64,000 nt of DNA. Source: Pseudomonadota bacterium. GTDB lineage: Bacteria; Pseudomonadota; Gammaproteobacteria; JAJDOJ01. The notes beneath the pieces were generated by a model that was given only the letters and a program-made list of their open reading frames with translations, searched no databases and was not told where the DNA came from. A program made the position numbers and the translations under genes. Shown in pieces: positions 29,320 through 39,882 of the stretch (position 1 is its first letter; every line of letters begins with the position of its first letter). The stretch is taken from contig JAYENI010000088.1 of NCBI GenBank assembly GCA_034722015.1, positions 30,574 to 94,573 on the forward strand, in the 5' to 3' direction.

Positions 29320-30132
29320 TCAAACCGTCCGCTCCAGGACCAGTTCAAGCACGAACTTGCTGCCGAAATAGGCCAGCATCAGCACGACGAATCCACCCAG
29401 TGTCCACCGGATCGCGGTGCGTCCCCGCCAGCCGAAACGCCAGCGCCCGACAAGCAGGACCACGAAGACCACCCACGCCAGGATGGACAAAATGGTCTTG
29501 TGGACGAGATGCTGCGCAAAAATGTCTTCCAGATAAAAAAAGCCCGTTGCCAGTGAGACGCTGAGCAGCAGCACCCCCAGGCCGATCAGGCCGAAGAGGA
29601 GTTGCTCCATCAGCTGTAGTGGTGGAAGGGCGCGGATGATCCCCCCAGGGCGATGGTTGTGGATATGTCGGTCCTGCACCGCGAGCAGGACCGCCTGGAG
29701 CGCCGAGAGCGTCAGCACGCTGTACGCGAGCAGGGAAAAGAGTACGTGGACCTGAAGGGCGGGCTTGTCCGCGCTGATGATTGCGGCCTGGGCCGGGGCG
29801 AACTGGGTCAGGATGACACTCAGGGTGCATAGCGGCAGCACGGCGATGCCAAGGTTCTCCAGGGGGCGAACCGTCGCGCCGAGCCACAATACGCAAGAGA
29901 TCGTCAGCGCGACCAGGGCGGAGGCGTTGAAAATATTGAGGTCCAGCCCCAGTGGCAACAGGAGATGGTCATGAACCACAAGCGCGTGCAGGGGGATCGC
30001 GGCTGCCCACAGCAACAATGCGCCGGTCTTTTCCGTTTCGCCGCCCATGGCTATTCTGCGCAGACGCAGCAGCAGAAATGCCGTGGCGGACAGGTAAAGC
30101 AGTGCGGTGATCAGGCTGAAGGCGATATACAT
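29320..30132 (-). CDS. cytochrome c assembly-family inner membrane protein (YpjD-like)
   Basis: About 270 aa polytopic protein from MYIAFSLITALLY; adjacent to the corC-like gene as ypjD-yfjD in E. coli; the 86-codon upstream extension in the track is ignored. Confidence 0.7.
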   Translation of the reverse strand: MYIAFSLITALLYLSATAFLLLRLRRIAMGGETEKTGALLLWAAAIPLHALVVHDHLLLPLGLDLNIFNASALVALTISCVLWLGATVRPLENLGIAVLPLCTLSVILTQFAPAQAAIISADKPALQVHVLFSLLAYSVLTLSALQAVLLAVQDRHIHNHRPGGIIRALPPLQLMEQLLFGLIGLGVLLLSVSLATGFFYLEDIFAQHLVHKTILSILAWVVFVVLLVGRWRFGWRGRTAIRWTLGGFVVLMLAYFGSKFVLELVLERTV

Positions 30133-30405
30133 TTCGGTGTGCGCATTCGTTCCACGTAACGGGACTACTGTCGGTGAATCGGTTCCCGGTGGCAAGAAAC
30201 TGTTGACTGGTCGTGACGAATGACCGGTCGCTGCGATTGCGGCTATTGACGTCTTCGTCTGGTGGATCCGGGATGGACGAAGACCCTGTCGGTTCCAGCT
30301 ACCTTGATCGACCGTATCGTGGTAGCGTTGCCGCCAGTGTGAATCCAGTCCGACCGGGCGCTCCACCGGGGGGCTGCCGGATGTCTCCACAACCCCGGAC
30401 TATTC

Positions 30406-31101
30406 ATGTACCGACTGCTGCGCCTGTTTCGAACCTCGATCGGCAGCAAGCTGATGATGGCTGTCAGCGGCCTGGTACTGGTCGGGTTCGTGACGGGGCA
30501 TCTTGTCGGTAACCTGAAGGTCTTCCAGGGACAGGAGGCAATCAACGATTACGCAGCCTGGCTTCAGGGACATCCCCTGTTGTGGGGGATCCGTCTGACG
30601 ATTCTCGCGGTCTTCGCACTGCATGTCTACACGGGGATACGACTCGCCCGCGAGAACAGCGCCGCGAGACCCCGTCGGTACGCCGTTCGCACCGTTGTCG
30701 ACACCGGGTTTGCCGCCCGCCATATGCTCTTCAGCGGACTGACGGTCCTGGCCTTCGTGATCTATCACCTGCTGCACCTGACGATAGGGGTGATCCAGCC
30801 AGAGTACGCCGGTCTGCTTGACCGGGCGGGCCGCCCGGACGTCTACACACGCCTGGTTCTCGGACTGTCAAACCCCTGGCTGGCGGCAATCTACGCAACT
30901 GCCGTCGTCCTGGTGGGACTACATCTATGGCACGCCGTACGCAGCATGCTGCAGACCCTCGGGCTGGGACACGACGCCTGGCGACGCGCAACCGACGTTG
31001 GAACCGGCGTCTTCAGCACCCTGGTCGTTGCCGGGTTCCTGTCCATGCCCGTAGCGGCGCAACTCGGCTGGCTGAGCGTACCGCTCACGGTGCCACGATG
31101 A
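30406..31101 (+). CDS. sdhC: succinate dehydrogenase / fumarate reductase diheme cytochrome b subunit (type B, five-helix)
   Basis: 231 aa with conserved His in helices ([31 protein letters not shown]); stop overlaps the sdhA start. Confidence 0.75.
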   Translation: MYRLLRLFRTSIGSKLMMAVSGLVLVGFVTGHLVGNLKVFQGQEAINDYAAWLQGHPLLWGIRLTILAVFALHVYTGIRLARENSAARPRRYAVRTVVDTGFAARHMLFSGLTVLAFVIYHLLHLTIGVIQPEYAGLLDRAGRPDVYTRLVLGLSNPWLAAIYATAVVLVGLHLWHAVRSMLQTLGLGHDAWRRATDVGTGVFSTLVVAGFLSMPVAAQLGWLSVPLTVPR

Positions 31102-33017
31102 GTGTGCGGCTCGATGCGCGTGTGCCGGATGGCGCCCTGGAAGACAAGTGGAACCACCGCCTGGACGCACTCAAACTGGTGAGCCCGGCCAATCGGCGAA
31201 AATATCGTGTGCTCGTGGTCGGTTCCGGACTTGCCGGTGCGTCGGCGGCAGCCACGCTGGCCGAACTTGGTTACCAGGTGGAGTGTTTTACCTTTCACGA
31301 CAGCCCGCGACGCGCGCACTCGGTCGCCGCGCAGGGCGGGATCAACGCGGCAAAGAACTACCAGAACGACGGGGACAGTGTCTACCGCTTGTTCCATGAC
31401 ACGATCAAGGGGGGCGATTTCCGGGCGCGCGAGGCGAACGTGTATCGCCTGGCTCAGGTCAGCAACCGCATCATCGACCACTGCGTGGCGCAGGGGATTC
31501 CGTTTGCGCGCGAGTACGGCGGGCTGCTGGACAACCGTTCCTTCGGTGGCGCTCAGGTCTCGAGAACTTTTTACGCGCGCGGCCAGACCGGACAGCAGTT
31601 GTTACTGGGGGCCTACGGGGCGTTGAACCGGCAGATCCACGCCGGACGTGTTCGGGTCCACACCCGCTGCGAGATGCTCGATCTCGTTCTGGTGGACGGC
31701 AGGGCGCGGGGGATCGTCACCCGCGACCTGGTGAGCGGTGGCATCGGACGGCATGCCGGACACGCGGTGGTGCTCGCCACCGGTGGTTACAGCAACGTCT
31801 TCTTCCTGTCCACCAACGCCCTGGGTTGCAACGTGACGGCCACCTATCGGGCCTGCAAGCGCGGCGCCTTGTTCGCGAACCCGTGTTTTACCCAGATTCA
31901 TCCGACCTGCATCCCGGCCAGTGGCGCGCACCAGTCCAAGCTCACCCTGATGTCGGAGTCCCTGCGCAATGACGGTCGCATCTGGGTACCGGTAAATCCC
32001 GGGGAAACGAGGGTGGCCGACAAGGTCCCCGAAGGTGAGCGTGACTACTATCTCGAGCGCCGTTATCCGGCCTTTGGCAACCTGACGCCCCGGGATATCG
32101 CGTCCCGGGCGGCCCGGCAGGTCTGCGATGAGGGGTGTGGTATCGGACCGACCGGGCGCGGCGTCTATCTGGATTTCGCGCAAGCCATTGGCCGTCTGGG
32201 GCGCGCTGCGATTGAGCAGCGTTACGGTAACCTGTTCAGCATGTATGAGCGCATCACCGGGGAAGACCCCTATCGGGTGCCGATGCGTATCTATCCGGCG
32301 GCGCACTACACCATGGGTGGTCTGTGGGTGGACTACGATCTGATGAGTAACGTCCCGGGGTTGTTTGTTATCGGCGAGGCCAACTTTTCGGACCATGGGG
32401 CGAACCGGTTGGGGGCGAGCGCGCTCATGCAGGGCCTGGCCGACGGTTACTTCATCCTGCCCCAGACCCTTGGCCACTATCTGGCCGTTGAGAGACCGGA
32501 CCTGCCGGATCCCGGTTGCGAATCCTTCAGTTCGGTGGAAGAAGACGTCGCGGTGCGTACGGCAAGACTGCTGGACATCGGTGGCGATCGCCCGGTCGAG
32601 AGCTTTCACAGGGAATTGGGCGAAATCATGGATTCGTGTTGTGGCATGGCCCGGAACGAAGCGGGGCTCAGAGAGGCGCTGGTTGCCATTCCCACGCTGC
32701 GTGAGGCGTTCTGGCGTGAGGCCTGCGTGTGCGGGAACGGGGAGGAGTTCAATGTGTCTCTGGAGCGGGCGGGACGCGTGGCCGATTTTCTGGAGTTCGC
32801 CGAGTTGCTTTGCCATGATGCGCTGGCGCGGGAGGAGTCCTGCGGCGCGCACTTCCGGGAGGAGCACCAGACCGGGGAAGGCGAGGCGGTTCGTGATGAC
32901 AAACACTTTTCGCACGTGGCGGCGTGGGAATACCGGGGGCAGGGTGTCGCGCCGCGTTGTCACCCCGAGCCCCTGACATTCGAGACGGTGCACGCTGTAA
33001 CCCGGAGTTACAAATGA
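31098..33017 (+). CDS. sdhA: succinate dehydrogenase / fumarate reductase flavoprotein subunit
   Basis: FAD-binding [12 protein letters not shown], covalent-FAD region [12 protein letters not shown], about 639 aa; start ATG overlaps the sdhC stop. Confidence 0.95.
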   Translation: MSVRLDARVPDGALEDKWNHRLDALKLVSPANRRKYRVLVVGSGLAGASAAATLAELGYQVECFTFHDSPRRAHSVAAQGGINAAKNYQNDGDSVYRLFHDTIKGGDFRAREANVYRLAQVSNRIIDHCVAQGIPFAREYGGLLDNRSFGGAQVSRTFYARGQTGQQLLLGAYGALNRQIHAGRVRVHTRCEMLDLVLVDGRARGIVTRDLVSGGIGRHAGHAVVLATGGYSNVFFLSTNALGCNVTATYRACKRGALFANPCFTQIHPTCIPASGAHQSKLTLMSESLRNDGRIWVPVNPGETRVADKVPEGERDYYLERRYPAFGNLTPRDIASRAARQVCDEGCGIGPTGRGVYLDFAQAIGRLGRAAIEQRYGNLFSMYERITGEDPYRVPMRIYPAAHYTMGGLWVDYDLMSNVPGLFVIGEANFSDHGANRLGASALMQGLADGYFILPQTLGHYLAVERPDLPDPGCESFSSVEEDVAVRTARLLDIGGDRPVESFHRELGEIMDSCCGMARNEAGLREALVAIPTLREAFWREACVCGNGEEFNVSLERAGRVADFLEFAELLCHDALAREESCGAHFREEHQTGEGEAVRDDKHFSHVAAWEYRGQGVAPRCHPEPLTFETVHAVTRSYK

Positions 33018-33799
33018 GACTCAGGCTCCGGGTGTGGCGCCAGCGATCCGCGGAACATGCCGGCCAGCTGGTCGGGTACGACGTGGACGGGGTGGAGGGG
33101 GACATGTCGTTTCTCGAAATGCTCGATCTGCTGAATCTGGGGCTGTCGCGAAAGGGCGAGGAGCCGGTTGCCTTTGATCACGACTGCAGGGAGGGCATCT
33201 GCGGGTCATGCTCCCTGGTTATCGACGGGGTCCCCCACGGACCGCGTTCGGCGACGACCGCCTGCCAGCTATACATGAGGCACTTCCGCGATGACCAGGC
33301 GATCGTCGTCGAGCCCTGGCGAGCCGCGGCCTTTCCGGTCATTCGGGACCTTGTCGTCGATCGAGGGGCCCTCGACAGGGTCTTGCAGGCCGGTGGCTAT
33401 GTATCCGTCAAGGCCGGGTCGGCCCCCGATGCAAACACACTGCCGGTCGCGCGACAGTGCGCGGAGCGTGCGTTCCAGGCCGCGTCCTGCATCGGCTGCG
33501 GCGCCTGTGTCGCCGCATGTCCAAATGCGTCGGCGATGCTCTTCGTGGCGGCCAAGCTCGGTCAGTTCGCCGCGCTACCGCAGGGACAGCCCGAGCGGAT
33601 GCATCGCGCCATCGCGATGGTCGAGTCCATGGACGACGAAGGGTTTGGAAACTGCGGGAATCACTACGAGTGCGTTGCCGTTTGTCCTAAGTCCATTCCC
33701 CAGGATTTTATCGCCCGGCTCAATCGGGAGTTCTTCCACGCCGCGATGACCGCCCACGAGTTTGCGTCGTTACCGGAGCACGAGGAGCATGAGGAGTAG
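33014..33799 (+). CDS. sdhB: succinate dehydrogenase / fumarate reductase iron-sulfur subunit
   Basis: 2Fe-2S ([10 protein letters not shown]) plus 4Fe-4S/3Fe-4S cysteine motifs ([24 protein letters not shown]); ATGA overlap with sdhA. Confidence 0.9.
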   Translation: MRLRLRVWRQRSAEHAGQLVGYDVDGVEGDMSFLEMLDLLNLGLSRKGEEPVAFDHDCREGICGSCSLVIDGVPHGPRSATTACQLYMRHFRDDQAIVVEPWRAAAFPVIRDLVVDRGALDRVLQAGGYVSVKAGSAPDANTLPVARQCAERAFQAASCIGCGACVAACPNASAMLFVAAKLGQFAALPQGQPERMHRAIAMVESMDDEGFGNCGNHYECVAVCPKSIPQDFIARLNREFFHAAMTAHEFASLPEHEEHEE

Positions 33800-33801
33800 G
33801 G

Positions 33802-36648
33802 TTACGTCCCGGGCTCTTCTGCCGGGCCGGGTTTCGCGGGCAGCGGGCCGACGTCATCGTCTGAATCGTTTCGTCCCGCTCTCGAATCGGGTTCCGCAGA
33901 ACAGATCATCCTGAAAAACGCCTCGGCGGTTACCGGCCTTCCGAAGTGGAATCCCTGGAACACGTGGCACCCGCGTTTCTTCAGGAACTCGAACTGATCC
34001 TCGGTCTCGACGCCTTCGGCGACAGCTTCCAGCCCCAGATGTCCGGTGATGGAGATGATGGTTTCCACGATAGCGGCGTCCTGTGCGTCGGTCGAGATGT
34101 CCCGGACGAAGGAGCGATCGATCTTCAGGATATCCAGCGGCAGACGCTTGAGATAGGTCAGTGACGAATATCCGGTACCGAAATCGTCGATAGAAAGGTG
34201 CAGACCGTAGCGCTTCAGCCGGCGCATCTTGTGAATGATCTCGTCCAGATCGCCGAGAAGGGCGCCCTCGGTGATCTCGATTGTGATACGACTCGAGTCG
34301 ACCCCCGTTTCCTCAATGATTGAGGCGACGCCATTGACGTAGTCGTTCTGACGGAATTCGATCGGGCTGACGTTGATCGCCAGATAACGCATGCCGTCTT
34401 GACATTCACCGGTCTCCATCCAGCGCTTTAGCTGGAGACAGGCCTGGCGCATCACCCACCGGCCAACATGTAGTATCAGCCCCGTTTCCTCCGCCACGGG
34501 GACGAAACTGGCCGGTGGCACGGGTCCCCGGACAGGGTGGTCCCAGCGGAGCAGGACCTCCGCACCCACGATGTCGCCGGAGGCCTGTACCAGAGGCTGA
34601 TAGCTCAGGGATAGCTGGTCTTCGTCCAGCGCGTCGCGTAACTGGCTTTCCAGCGACAGGCGATGGTCCGCCTCTTTCTGCATTCCCGGCTCGAAGAAGC
34701 GGGTCCCGTTTCCACCGGCGTGTTTCACCTTGTACATGGCGGCATCGGCGTTGCGCAGTATGTCTTCGGACTGGCTACTGTCATCGGGAAACAGGGAGAT
34801 GCCGATGCTGGCCGTGACCTGGTAACGGTGCCCGCCGAGTTCAAAGGGTTCGGCGAGTGCCCGGCGGAGCTTGTCGGCAACGGCACGCACATCGGCGCCC
34901 GAATTCCCGGGTCCCGCGCCGAGTTCCGGCAGCACGACCACGAACTCGTCACCACCGATTCGCGCCACGCTGTCCTCGGCCCGCAGTGACCCGACCAGTC
35001 GCCGTCCTGCCTGGCGCAGCAGCTCATCGCCTACTGCGTGTCCCAGGGCGTCATTCAGCGTCTTGAAGCGATCGAGGTCGAAAAACAGTACCGCACCCTT
35101 TTTCGAATGCCTTGCCGCGAGTTGCATGTCGTGTTGCAGCCGGTCCAGCAGCAGGCGACGGTTGGCCAGACCGGTCAGGGGATCGAAGTAGGCCAGTCGT
35201 TCGATCGCTTCGGCGTCGCGGCGTTTACTGATCCCCATGCTGAGGACGTCTGCGACCTGCTCGAGAAAGGCCTGCTCGTGGGTCGAGTAAGCGTGTCCGT
35301 GGGGCACGTAGAACACCATGGCACCCAGGGTGGTCCGGTTGTCCGCCATAATCGGCACGTTGTAGTGCCCGTGAGGGGCCATGCCGGGGTACCGGGTGAC
35401 GTGGCGATCGTCCACGCAGTTGGCGAATTGCGTGCAGTGTTCCAGCGCCGCGCGTCCGCACAGGCACTGTCCGAACGGGACTTTCGCGCACAATTGCCGG
35501 ATTTCAGGCGCGAGATTGTGGCTGGAAACCAGTCTCAGTTCCTCACCGGTCTCAGTCGCCACGAAGATGCCGGCCTGTGGCAACACCTCCAGCCAGGGAA
35601 TCGCGTGGATCAGGCTGTCGAGCGACTGCTGCAGGAAAATTTCGAGGGGGTGACCTTCCAGGGACAGGCGAAGCAACACGCCCAGTGTCTGTTCCTCCGC
35701 CTCGGAACGGTCGCGCTGCTCGATATTGCCACGGAGTACCCTCGTCCTGCGCTGCAGGACGAGCTCGAATATCAGAAAGAGCAGCAGGATAGCCAGGGCC
35801 GAGCCGATCACGCCCAGCAGTGCCCAGCCGAACCAGCCGGGCCATTCCGAATGGGGCGCCTCGTCCAGCCATTCCTCGAGCAATCCGTAATAGATCGAGT
35901 CCGGATCCGCCTTGAGGTCTCCCAGGCGTCTGTCGATAGCCGCGACCAGCTCCGCACCGCCGGCCTTGTCCCCGGGCATCGCCAACCTGAGTCCTACGGG
36001 ATTGAAGATGACGGGCGTCCGCTCGATACCGCTTGACCTGCTTTCCGGTCCGGAAAACAGACGGGTTGCCAGGCCTGCGTCCGCATGCCCGAGTGCGATC
36101 GAATCCAGCACCTGGTCGTAGTTTGAGAAATCCCGGAAATCGATGGATATCTCGTAGGCGTCGGCCAGTTCGCGCAGCTTCCGGTAATGTATGTCGTCGC
36201 TGACGACGGCCACCCGCTTGCCGTCGAGGTCCCGGATCGACTCAATCCTGAGTCCGTCGCGCGCGAAGATCTTCCCCCAGTTGATAATGAAATTCCTGCG
36301 GTTGAACCGATAGCGCCGCAGTCGATCCGCATTCACCGCAATGGGTATGAGCAGGTCGATATCACCCGCGTCGAGCATCGCGAGACAGCGGGGAAATTCA
36401 CAGTGTACGTAGTCGAGTTTCCAGCCTTCCCGGGTGGAGATATCGTTGAACAACGCCGGAAGAAAGCCATCGATCTGTCCGGACTGGTCGAGAAAGACCA
36501 GCGGAGGGTTGTCGTATACGCCGATACGGAAGCTGGTATCGGTCCCGGCGCGGGCCGCGAAAGGAGCGGACAATAGCAGTGCTCCCAGCAGCAGCCAGCC
36601 GTAGGCCGGGCCTACCGACTGGCACGTTCGTCTGAATCCGCGTCCCAT
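33802..36648 (-). CDS. sensor protein: signal peptide - 2x periplasmic solute-binding (SBP_bac_3-like) - TM - GAF - GGDEF - EAL (c-di-GMP cyclase/phosphodiesterase)
   Basis: RIGGDEFVV (GGDEF); EAL-domain motifs (EVLLRW, DDFGTGYSSL, QGFHFGRP); GAF region between them; 948 aa. Confidence 0.85.
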   Translation of the reverse strand: MGRGFRRTCQSVGPAYGWLLLGALLLSAPFAARAGTDTSFRIGVYDNPPLVFLDQSGQIDGFLPALFNDISTREGWKLDYVHCEFPRCLAMLDAGDIDLLIPIAVNADRLRRYRFNRRNFIINWGKIFARDGLRIESIRDLDGKRVAVVSDDIHYRKLRELADAYEISIDFRDFSNYDQVLDSIALGHADAGLATRLFSGPESRSSGIERTPVIFNPVGLRLAMPGDKAGGAELVAAIDRRLGDLKADPDSIYYGLLEEWLDEAPHSEWPGWFGWALLGVIGSALAILLLFLIFELVLQRRTRVLRGNIEQRDRSEAEEQTLGVLLRLSLEGHPLEIFLQQSLDSLIHAIPWLEVLPQAGIFVATETGEELRLVSSHNLAPEIRQLCAKVPFGQCLCGRAALEHCTQFANCVDDRHVTRYPGMAPHGHYNVPIMADNRTTLGAMVFYVPHGHAYSTHEQAFLEQVADVLSMGISKRRDAEAIERLAYFDPLTGLANRRLLLDRLQHDMQLAARHSKKGAVLFFDLDRFKTLNDALGHAVGDELLRQAGRRLVGSLRAEDSVARIGGDEFVVVLPELGAGPGNSGADVRAVADKLRRALAEPFELGGHRYQVTASIGISLFPDDSSQSEDILRNADAAMYKVKHAGGNGTRFFEPGMQKEADHRLSLESQLRDALDEDQLSLSYQPLVQASGDIVGAEVLLRWDHPVRGPVPPASFVPVAEETGLILHVGRWVMRQACLQLKRWMETGECQDGMRYLAINVSPIEFRQNDYVNGVASIIEETGVDSSRITIEITEGALLGDLDEIIHKMRRLKRYGLHLSIDDFGTGYSSLTYLKRLPLDILKIDRSFVRDISTDAQDAAIVETIISITGHLGLEAVAEGVETEDQFEFLKKRGCHVFQGFHFGRPVTAEAFFRMICSAEPDSRAGRNDSDDDVGPLPAKPGPAEEPGT

Positions 36649-36848
36649 TTCCCCGTTTTCATCCTCTGTTCTGAAATAGGGGTAAGCCCGTACGCCGAAT
36701 TCTACCGCGTTCCCGGTCAGGCCACATTGGCGCGTACCATGGAGTCCGCCCGTGACAGATGCGCACAGGGAGGTTCGCCAATCCCTTGCGTACGTCCGCG
36801 GCAGGATAAGCTTTTCTGCGCTGTTGTGACGCAGTCAACAACAGTGAA

Positions 36849-36864
36849 TGTGAGGCATTTCACA
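36849..36864. promoter_or_regulatory. perfect CRP-consensus box TGTGA-ggcatt-TCACA, about 97 bp upstream of the class-II phosphodiesterase gene
   Basis: Read directly; a second, imperfect palindrome TGTTGTGAC-gca-GTCAACAACA lies just upstream (about 36822-36843). Confidence 0.5.
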
Positions 36865-36960
36865 GCAAGCGGCATTCTACATCCCGGGATGCGGTACGGA
36901 GGATTATGGCGTGCTAGCATCGGTTGTCCGGCGGCTAGAGCGTGAAGAGCGGCGATATCA

Positions 36961-37728
36961 ATGCGCGTTGAAATTCTGGGTTGCAGCGGGGGAATTGGCG
37001 AGGGCCTGCGAACCACATCCATGCTGTTGGGAGACGAGGTACTGATCGACTGCGGGACCGGTGTCGGTAACCTGTCTGTCGAGCGGATGCGAAAGCTTCG
37101 GCACATCTTTCTCACACACCAGCACCTCGACCACATCGCAAGCCTGCCGCTGCTGGCCGATACGCTCTACGAGACCCTACAGGTGCAACCCCTGGTGGTC
37201 CATTGCGAACCCTCCACTTACGAGACCTTGCGCGCTCATGTATTCAATTGGGAGGTCTGGCCGGATTTTTTTCGGTTGCCGCAAGGGAAGGACCCGGTGC
37301 TTCGGTACCTGCCGATCATGCCGGGCGAGTCCCACAGGGTGAATGACCTCGAAATCCAGGCCATACGCGTCAACCATGTGGTTCCGGCGCTGGCGTATTA
37401 CGCCTCCGACGCCCACTCAGCGATGTCCTTCAGCGGTGACACGACGACCAACGACACGCTTTGGGATGCCCTGAATGCCCATGAGTGTCTGGATCTGCTC
37501 GTCGTCGAATGTGCCTATCCGGAGAGCGGGCGGGAACTGAGCACGATGGCCCGTCACTATTGCCCCTCGCTGCTGGCGCAGGACCTCGGCAAACTGAACC
37601 ACGATCCCAGGATCTGCATTTCCCACCTCAAGCCCGGTTCCGAACCGGAAACCATAGACGAGATCAACGCACTTCTGTCGGGTCAGGTAGGTCACCGGCT
37701 GACAAACGGAGAAGTGTTCGAGATCTAG
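36961..37728 (+). CDS. class-II-type 3',5'-cyclic-nucleotide phosphodiesterase (MBL fold)
   Basis: THQHLDHIASLPLL matches the class-II cAMP-PDE signature H-x-H-L-D-H; 255 aa, no signal peptide. Confidence 0.7.
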   Translation: MRVEILGCSGGIGEGLRTTSMLLGDEVLIDCGTGVGNLSVERMRKLRHIFLTHQHLDHIASLPLLADTLYETLQVQPLVVHCEPSTYETLRAHVFNWEVWPDFFRLPQGKDPVLRYLPIMPGESHRVNDLEIQAIRVNHVVPALAYYASDAHSAMSFSGDTTTNDTLWDALNAHECLDLLVVECAYPESGRELSTMARHYCPSLLAQDLGKLNHDPRICISHLKPGSEPETIDEINALLSGQVGHRLTNGEVFEI

Positions 37729-37850
37729 TGCTCTATCCAGGTGATGTGCGAGTTCAGTTGACAAGAGAATGGCCATTGCCTGCACACTACGCCTCGCTGC
37801 GAAACACCAGGGGGAACGCTGAATCCGTAATTATCAGTTGGATAGCGCAC
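37728..37850. mobile_element. MITE-like element, copy A2 (about 123 bp; an internally deleted relative of A1) with the same terminal inverted repeats
   Basis: Termini gtgctctatccagg ... ccagttggatagcgcac; the internal sequence is colinear with the ends of A1. It again abuts a TAG stop codon, this time of the phosphodiesterase gene. Confidence 0.55.
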
Positions 37851-37857
37851 TGGTGCG

Positions 37858-37988
37858 CTGCTGAAAAATGTCTCGGGTGTGTGCCACGCAAAGCAGAATC
37901 GGGCGAGGAAGCGCGGTTTACACGCAGAAAATATGCAACCGGGGCCCGACTTTAACGCCAAATGGTGCCGCCTGAGGGCTTTCATCAG
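37858..37988. repeat. intergenic repeat family B, copy B2 (about 131 bp)
   Basis: See B1; located immediately after MITE A2 and upstream of ffh. Confidence 0.55.
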
Positions 37989-38069
37989 ATTGCCAGGGCG
38001 CCTGGCCGCGTTGGCAGCCCGTGATCGTCTATAATGCGGCACTTTTCAGATAGCGCAAACGGGTAAACG

Positions 38070-39431
38070 ATGTTCGAGAACCTGAGTGAGCGACTTGCGG
38101 GCACCGTCAAGCACCTGAAGGGGCAGGCGCGGCTCACCGAAGACAATATCAGCGATACCCTGCGGGAAGTCCGCATGGCACTGCTGGAGGCGGATGTGGC
38201 GCTTCCCGTCGTCCGGTCCTTTATCGATGACGTCCGGGAACGCGCCCGCGGTCAGGATGTGTTGCACAGCCTGACGCCGGGGCAGGCGCTGATCAAGGTC
38301 GTCAATGACGAGTTGGTGCGGGTCATGGGTGAGGCCAACGAGGGCCTGAACCTTCAGGCACGGCCTCCCGCGGTGGTCATGATGGCCGGTCTGCAGGGCG
38401 CGGGCAAGACGACGACCGTCGGCAAGCTGGCGCGCTGGCTCGCGGAAAATTCCGGCAAGCAGGTGATGGTCGCGAGCTGCGACGTGTACCGTCCCGCCGC
38501 CATACAGCAGCTGGAAAAACTTGCCGCAGAGGTTGGGGCGGTTTTCTATCCGAGCGAAAACGGACAAGACCCGGTGGAGATTGCGAAGGGCGCCCTGGAA
38601 AGAGCGCGTACGCAGGTCGTGGACGTTCTGATACTGGACACCGCCGGCCGTCTTCATATCGATGAAGCGATGATGGAAGAGGTCGCCCGTATCCATTCGG
38701 CGGTCGATCCCGTCGAGACGCTGTTCGTCGTGGACAGCATGACCGGGCAGGATGCGGCAAACTCCGCCAGGGCGTTCAACGACGCACTGCCACTGACCGG
38801 TGTCATCCTGACCAAGACCGATGGCGACGCCAGGGGCGGCGCGGCGCTATCGGTCAGGCATGTGACCGGAAAACCGGTCAAGTTTATCGGTGTGGGTGAG
38901 AAAACCGCCGCGCTGGAACCGTTTTATCCGGATCGTATCGCCTCGCGCATACTGGGGATGGGCGACGTCCTGGGTCTGGTGGAAGAGGCGCAGCGCAACG
39001 TCGATCAACGCGAGACCGAGAAACTTGCCAAAAAGCTGAAGTCCGGCAAGGGATTCAGCCTGGAAGACCTGAAAACACAACTCGAGCAAATGCTCAATAT
39101 GGGAGGTGTCGCCGGGTTGCTGGACAAACTCCCCGGCGCAACGTCTCTGCCGGCCGCCGTCAAGAACCAGGCCGACGACGGCGAAATTCGCCGGATGATT
39201 GCCATCGTCGACTCAATGACTCGCCGTGAACGGCGTTTCCCCGAGATGATCAAGGGGTCTCGAAAGCGACGGATTGCCAACGGCTCGGGAACCCGCGTCC
39301 AGGACGTGAACCGACTGCTGAAGCAACATACCCAGATGCGCAAGATGATGAAGAAATTCTCCAAGGGCGGCATGAACCGTTTAATGAGGGGAATGAAAGG
39401 CAGGATGCCCCCTGGCATGCCTTTCGGATAG
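38070..39431 (+). CDS. ffh: signal recognition particle protein Ffh
   Basis: N, G (GLQGAGKTTT) and Met-rich M domains; 453 aa. Confidence 0.97.
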   Translation: MFENLSERLAGTVKHLKGQARLTEDNISDTLREVRMALLEADVALPVVRSFIDDVRERARGQDVLHSLTPGQALIKVVNDELVRVMGEANEGLNLQARPPAVVMMAGLQGAGKTTTVGKLARWLAENSGKQVMVASCDVYRPAAIQQLEKLAAEVGAVFYPSENGQDPVEIAKGALERARTQVVDVLILDTAGRLHIDEAMMEEVARIHSAVDPVETLFVVDSMTGQDAANSARAFNDALPLTGVILTKTDGDARGGAALSVRHVTGKPVKFIGVGEKTAALEPFYPDRIASRILGMGDVLGLVEEAQRNVDQRETEKLAKKLKSGKGFSLEDLKTQLEQMLNMGGVAGLLDKLPGATSLPAAVKNQADDGEIRRMIAIVDSMTRRERRFPEMIKGSRKRRIANGSGTRVQDVNRLLKQHTQMRKMMKKFSKGGMNRLMRGMKGRMPPGMPFG

Positions 39432-39622
39432 ATGCTCCGGGCGTGGCTGACCGGACTCCGGATCGGGATCAGGTGGCTTGTGTGGCCGTGGCGCAGCAAC
39501 TTTTGCTCGTCTGAATCGTTTTCGCCTCTTCACTTTTCTCCAGATTAGGATAGAATCGCCGGTTTTGGTCAAGGCCTAATCGGGCTGCGGATCGTGTAAT
39601 TCCGTCATTGGAAGCAGAAAAA

Positions 39623-39871
39623 ATGGTGACAATGCGTCTTTCTCGGGCTGGCGCCAAAAAGCGGCCCTTCTATCACATCGTTGTTACGGATTCCCGGAGG
39701 AGACGTGACAGTGGATACATCGAGCGCATCGGGTACTTCAATCCCGGTGCCCGTGGAAAGGAAGTGAAACTGAACATCGACATGGCCCGTGTAGAGCACT
39801 GGCTATCGGTCGGCGCCGGGACTTCCGACCGGGTCGATACCCTGATCCGGGAGCAGCGAAAGGCCGGCTGA
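39623..39871 (+). CDS. rpsP: 30S ribosomal protein S16
   Basis: [21 protein letters not shown]. Confidence 0.95.
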   Translation: MVTMRLSRAGAKKRPFYHIVVTDSRRRRDSGYIERIGYFNPGARGKEVKLNIDMARVEHWLSVGAGTSDRVDTLIREQRKAG

Positions 39872-39882
39872 AGGGGCCCCAG

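Noticed and set aside
38000-38069. Searched the region upstream and downstream of ffh for 4.5S (SRP) RNA
   Set aside because: I could not find the conserved SRP RNA domain-IV motif anywhere in the window by eye, so the gene is presumably elsewhere in the genome.
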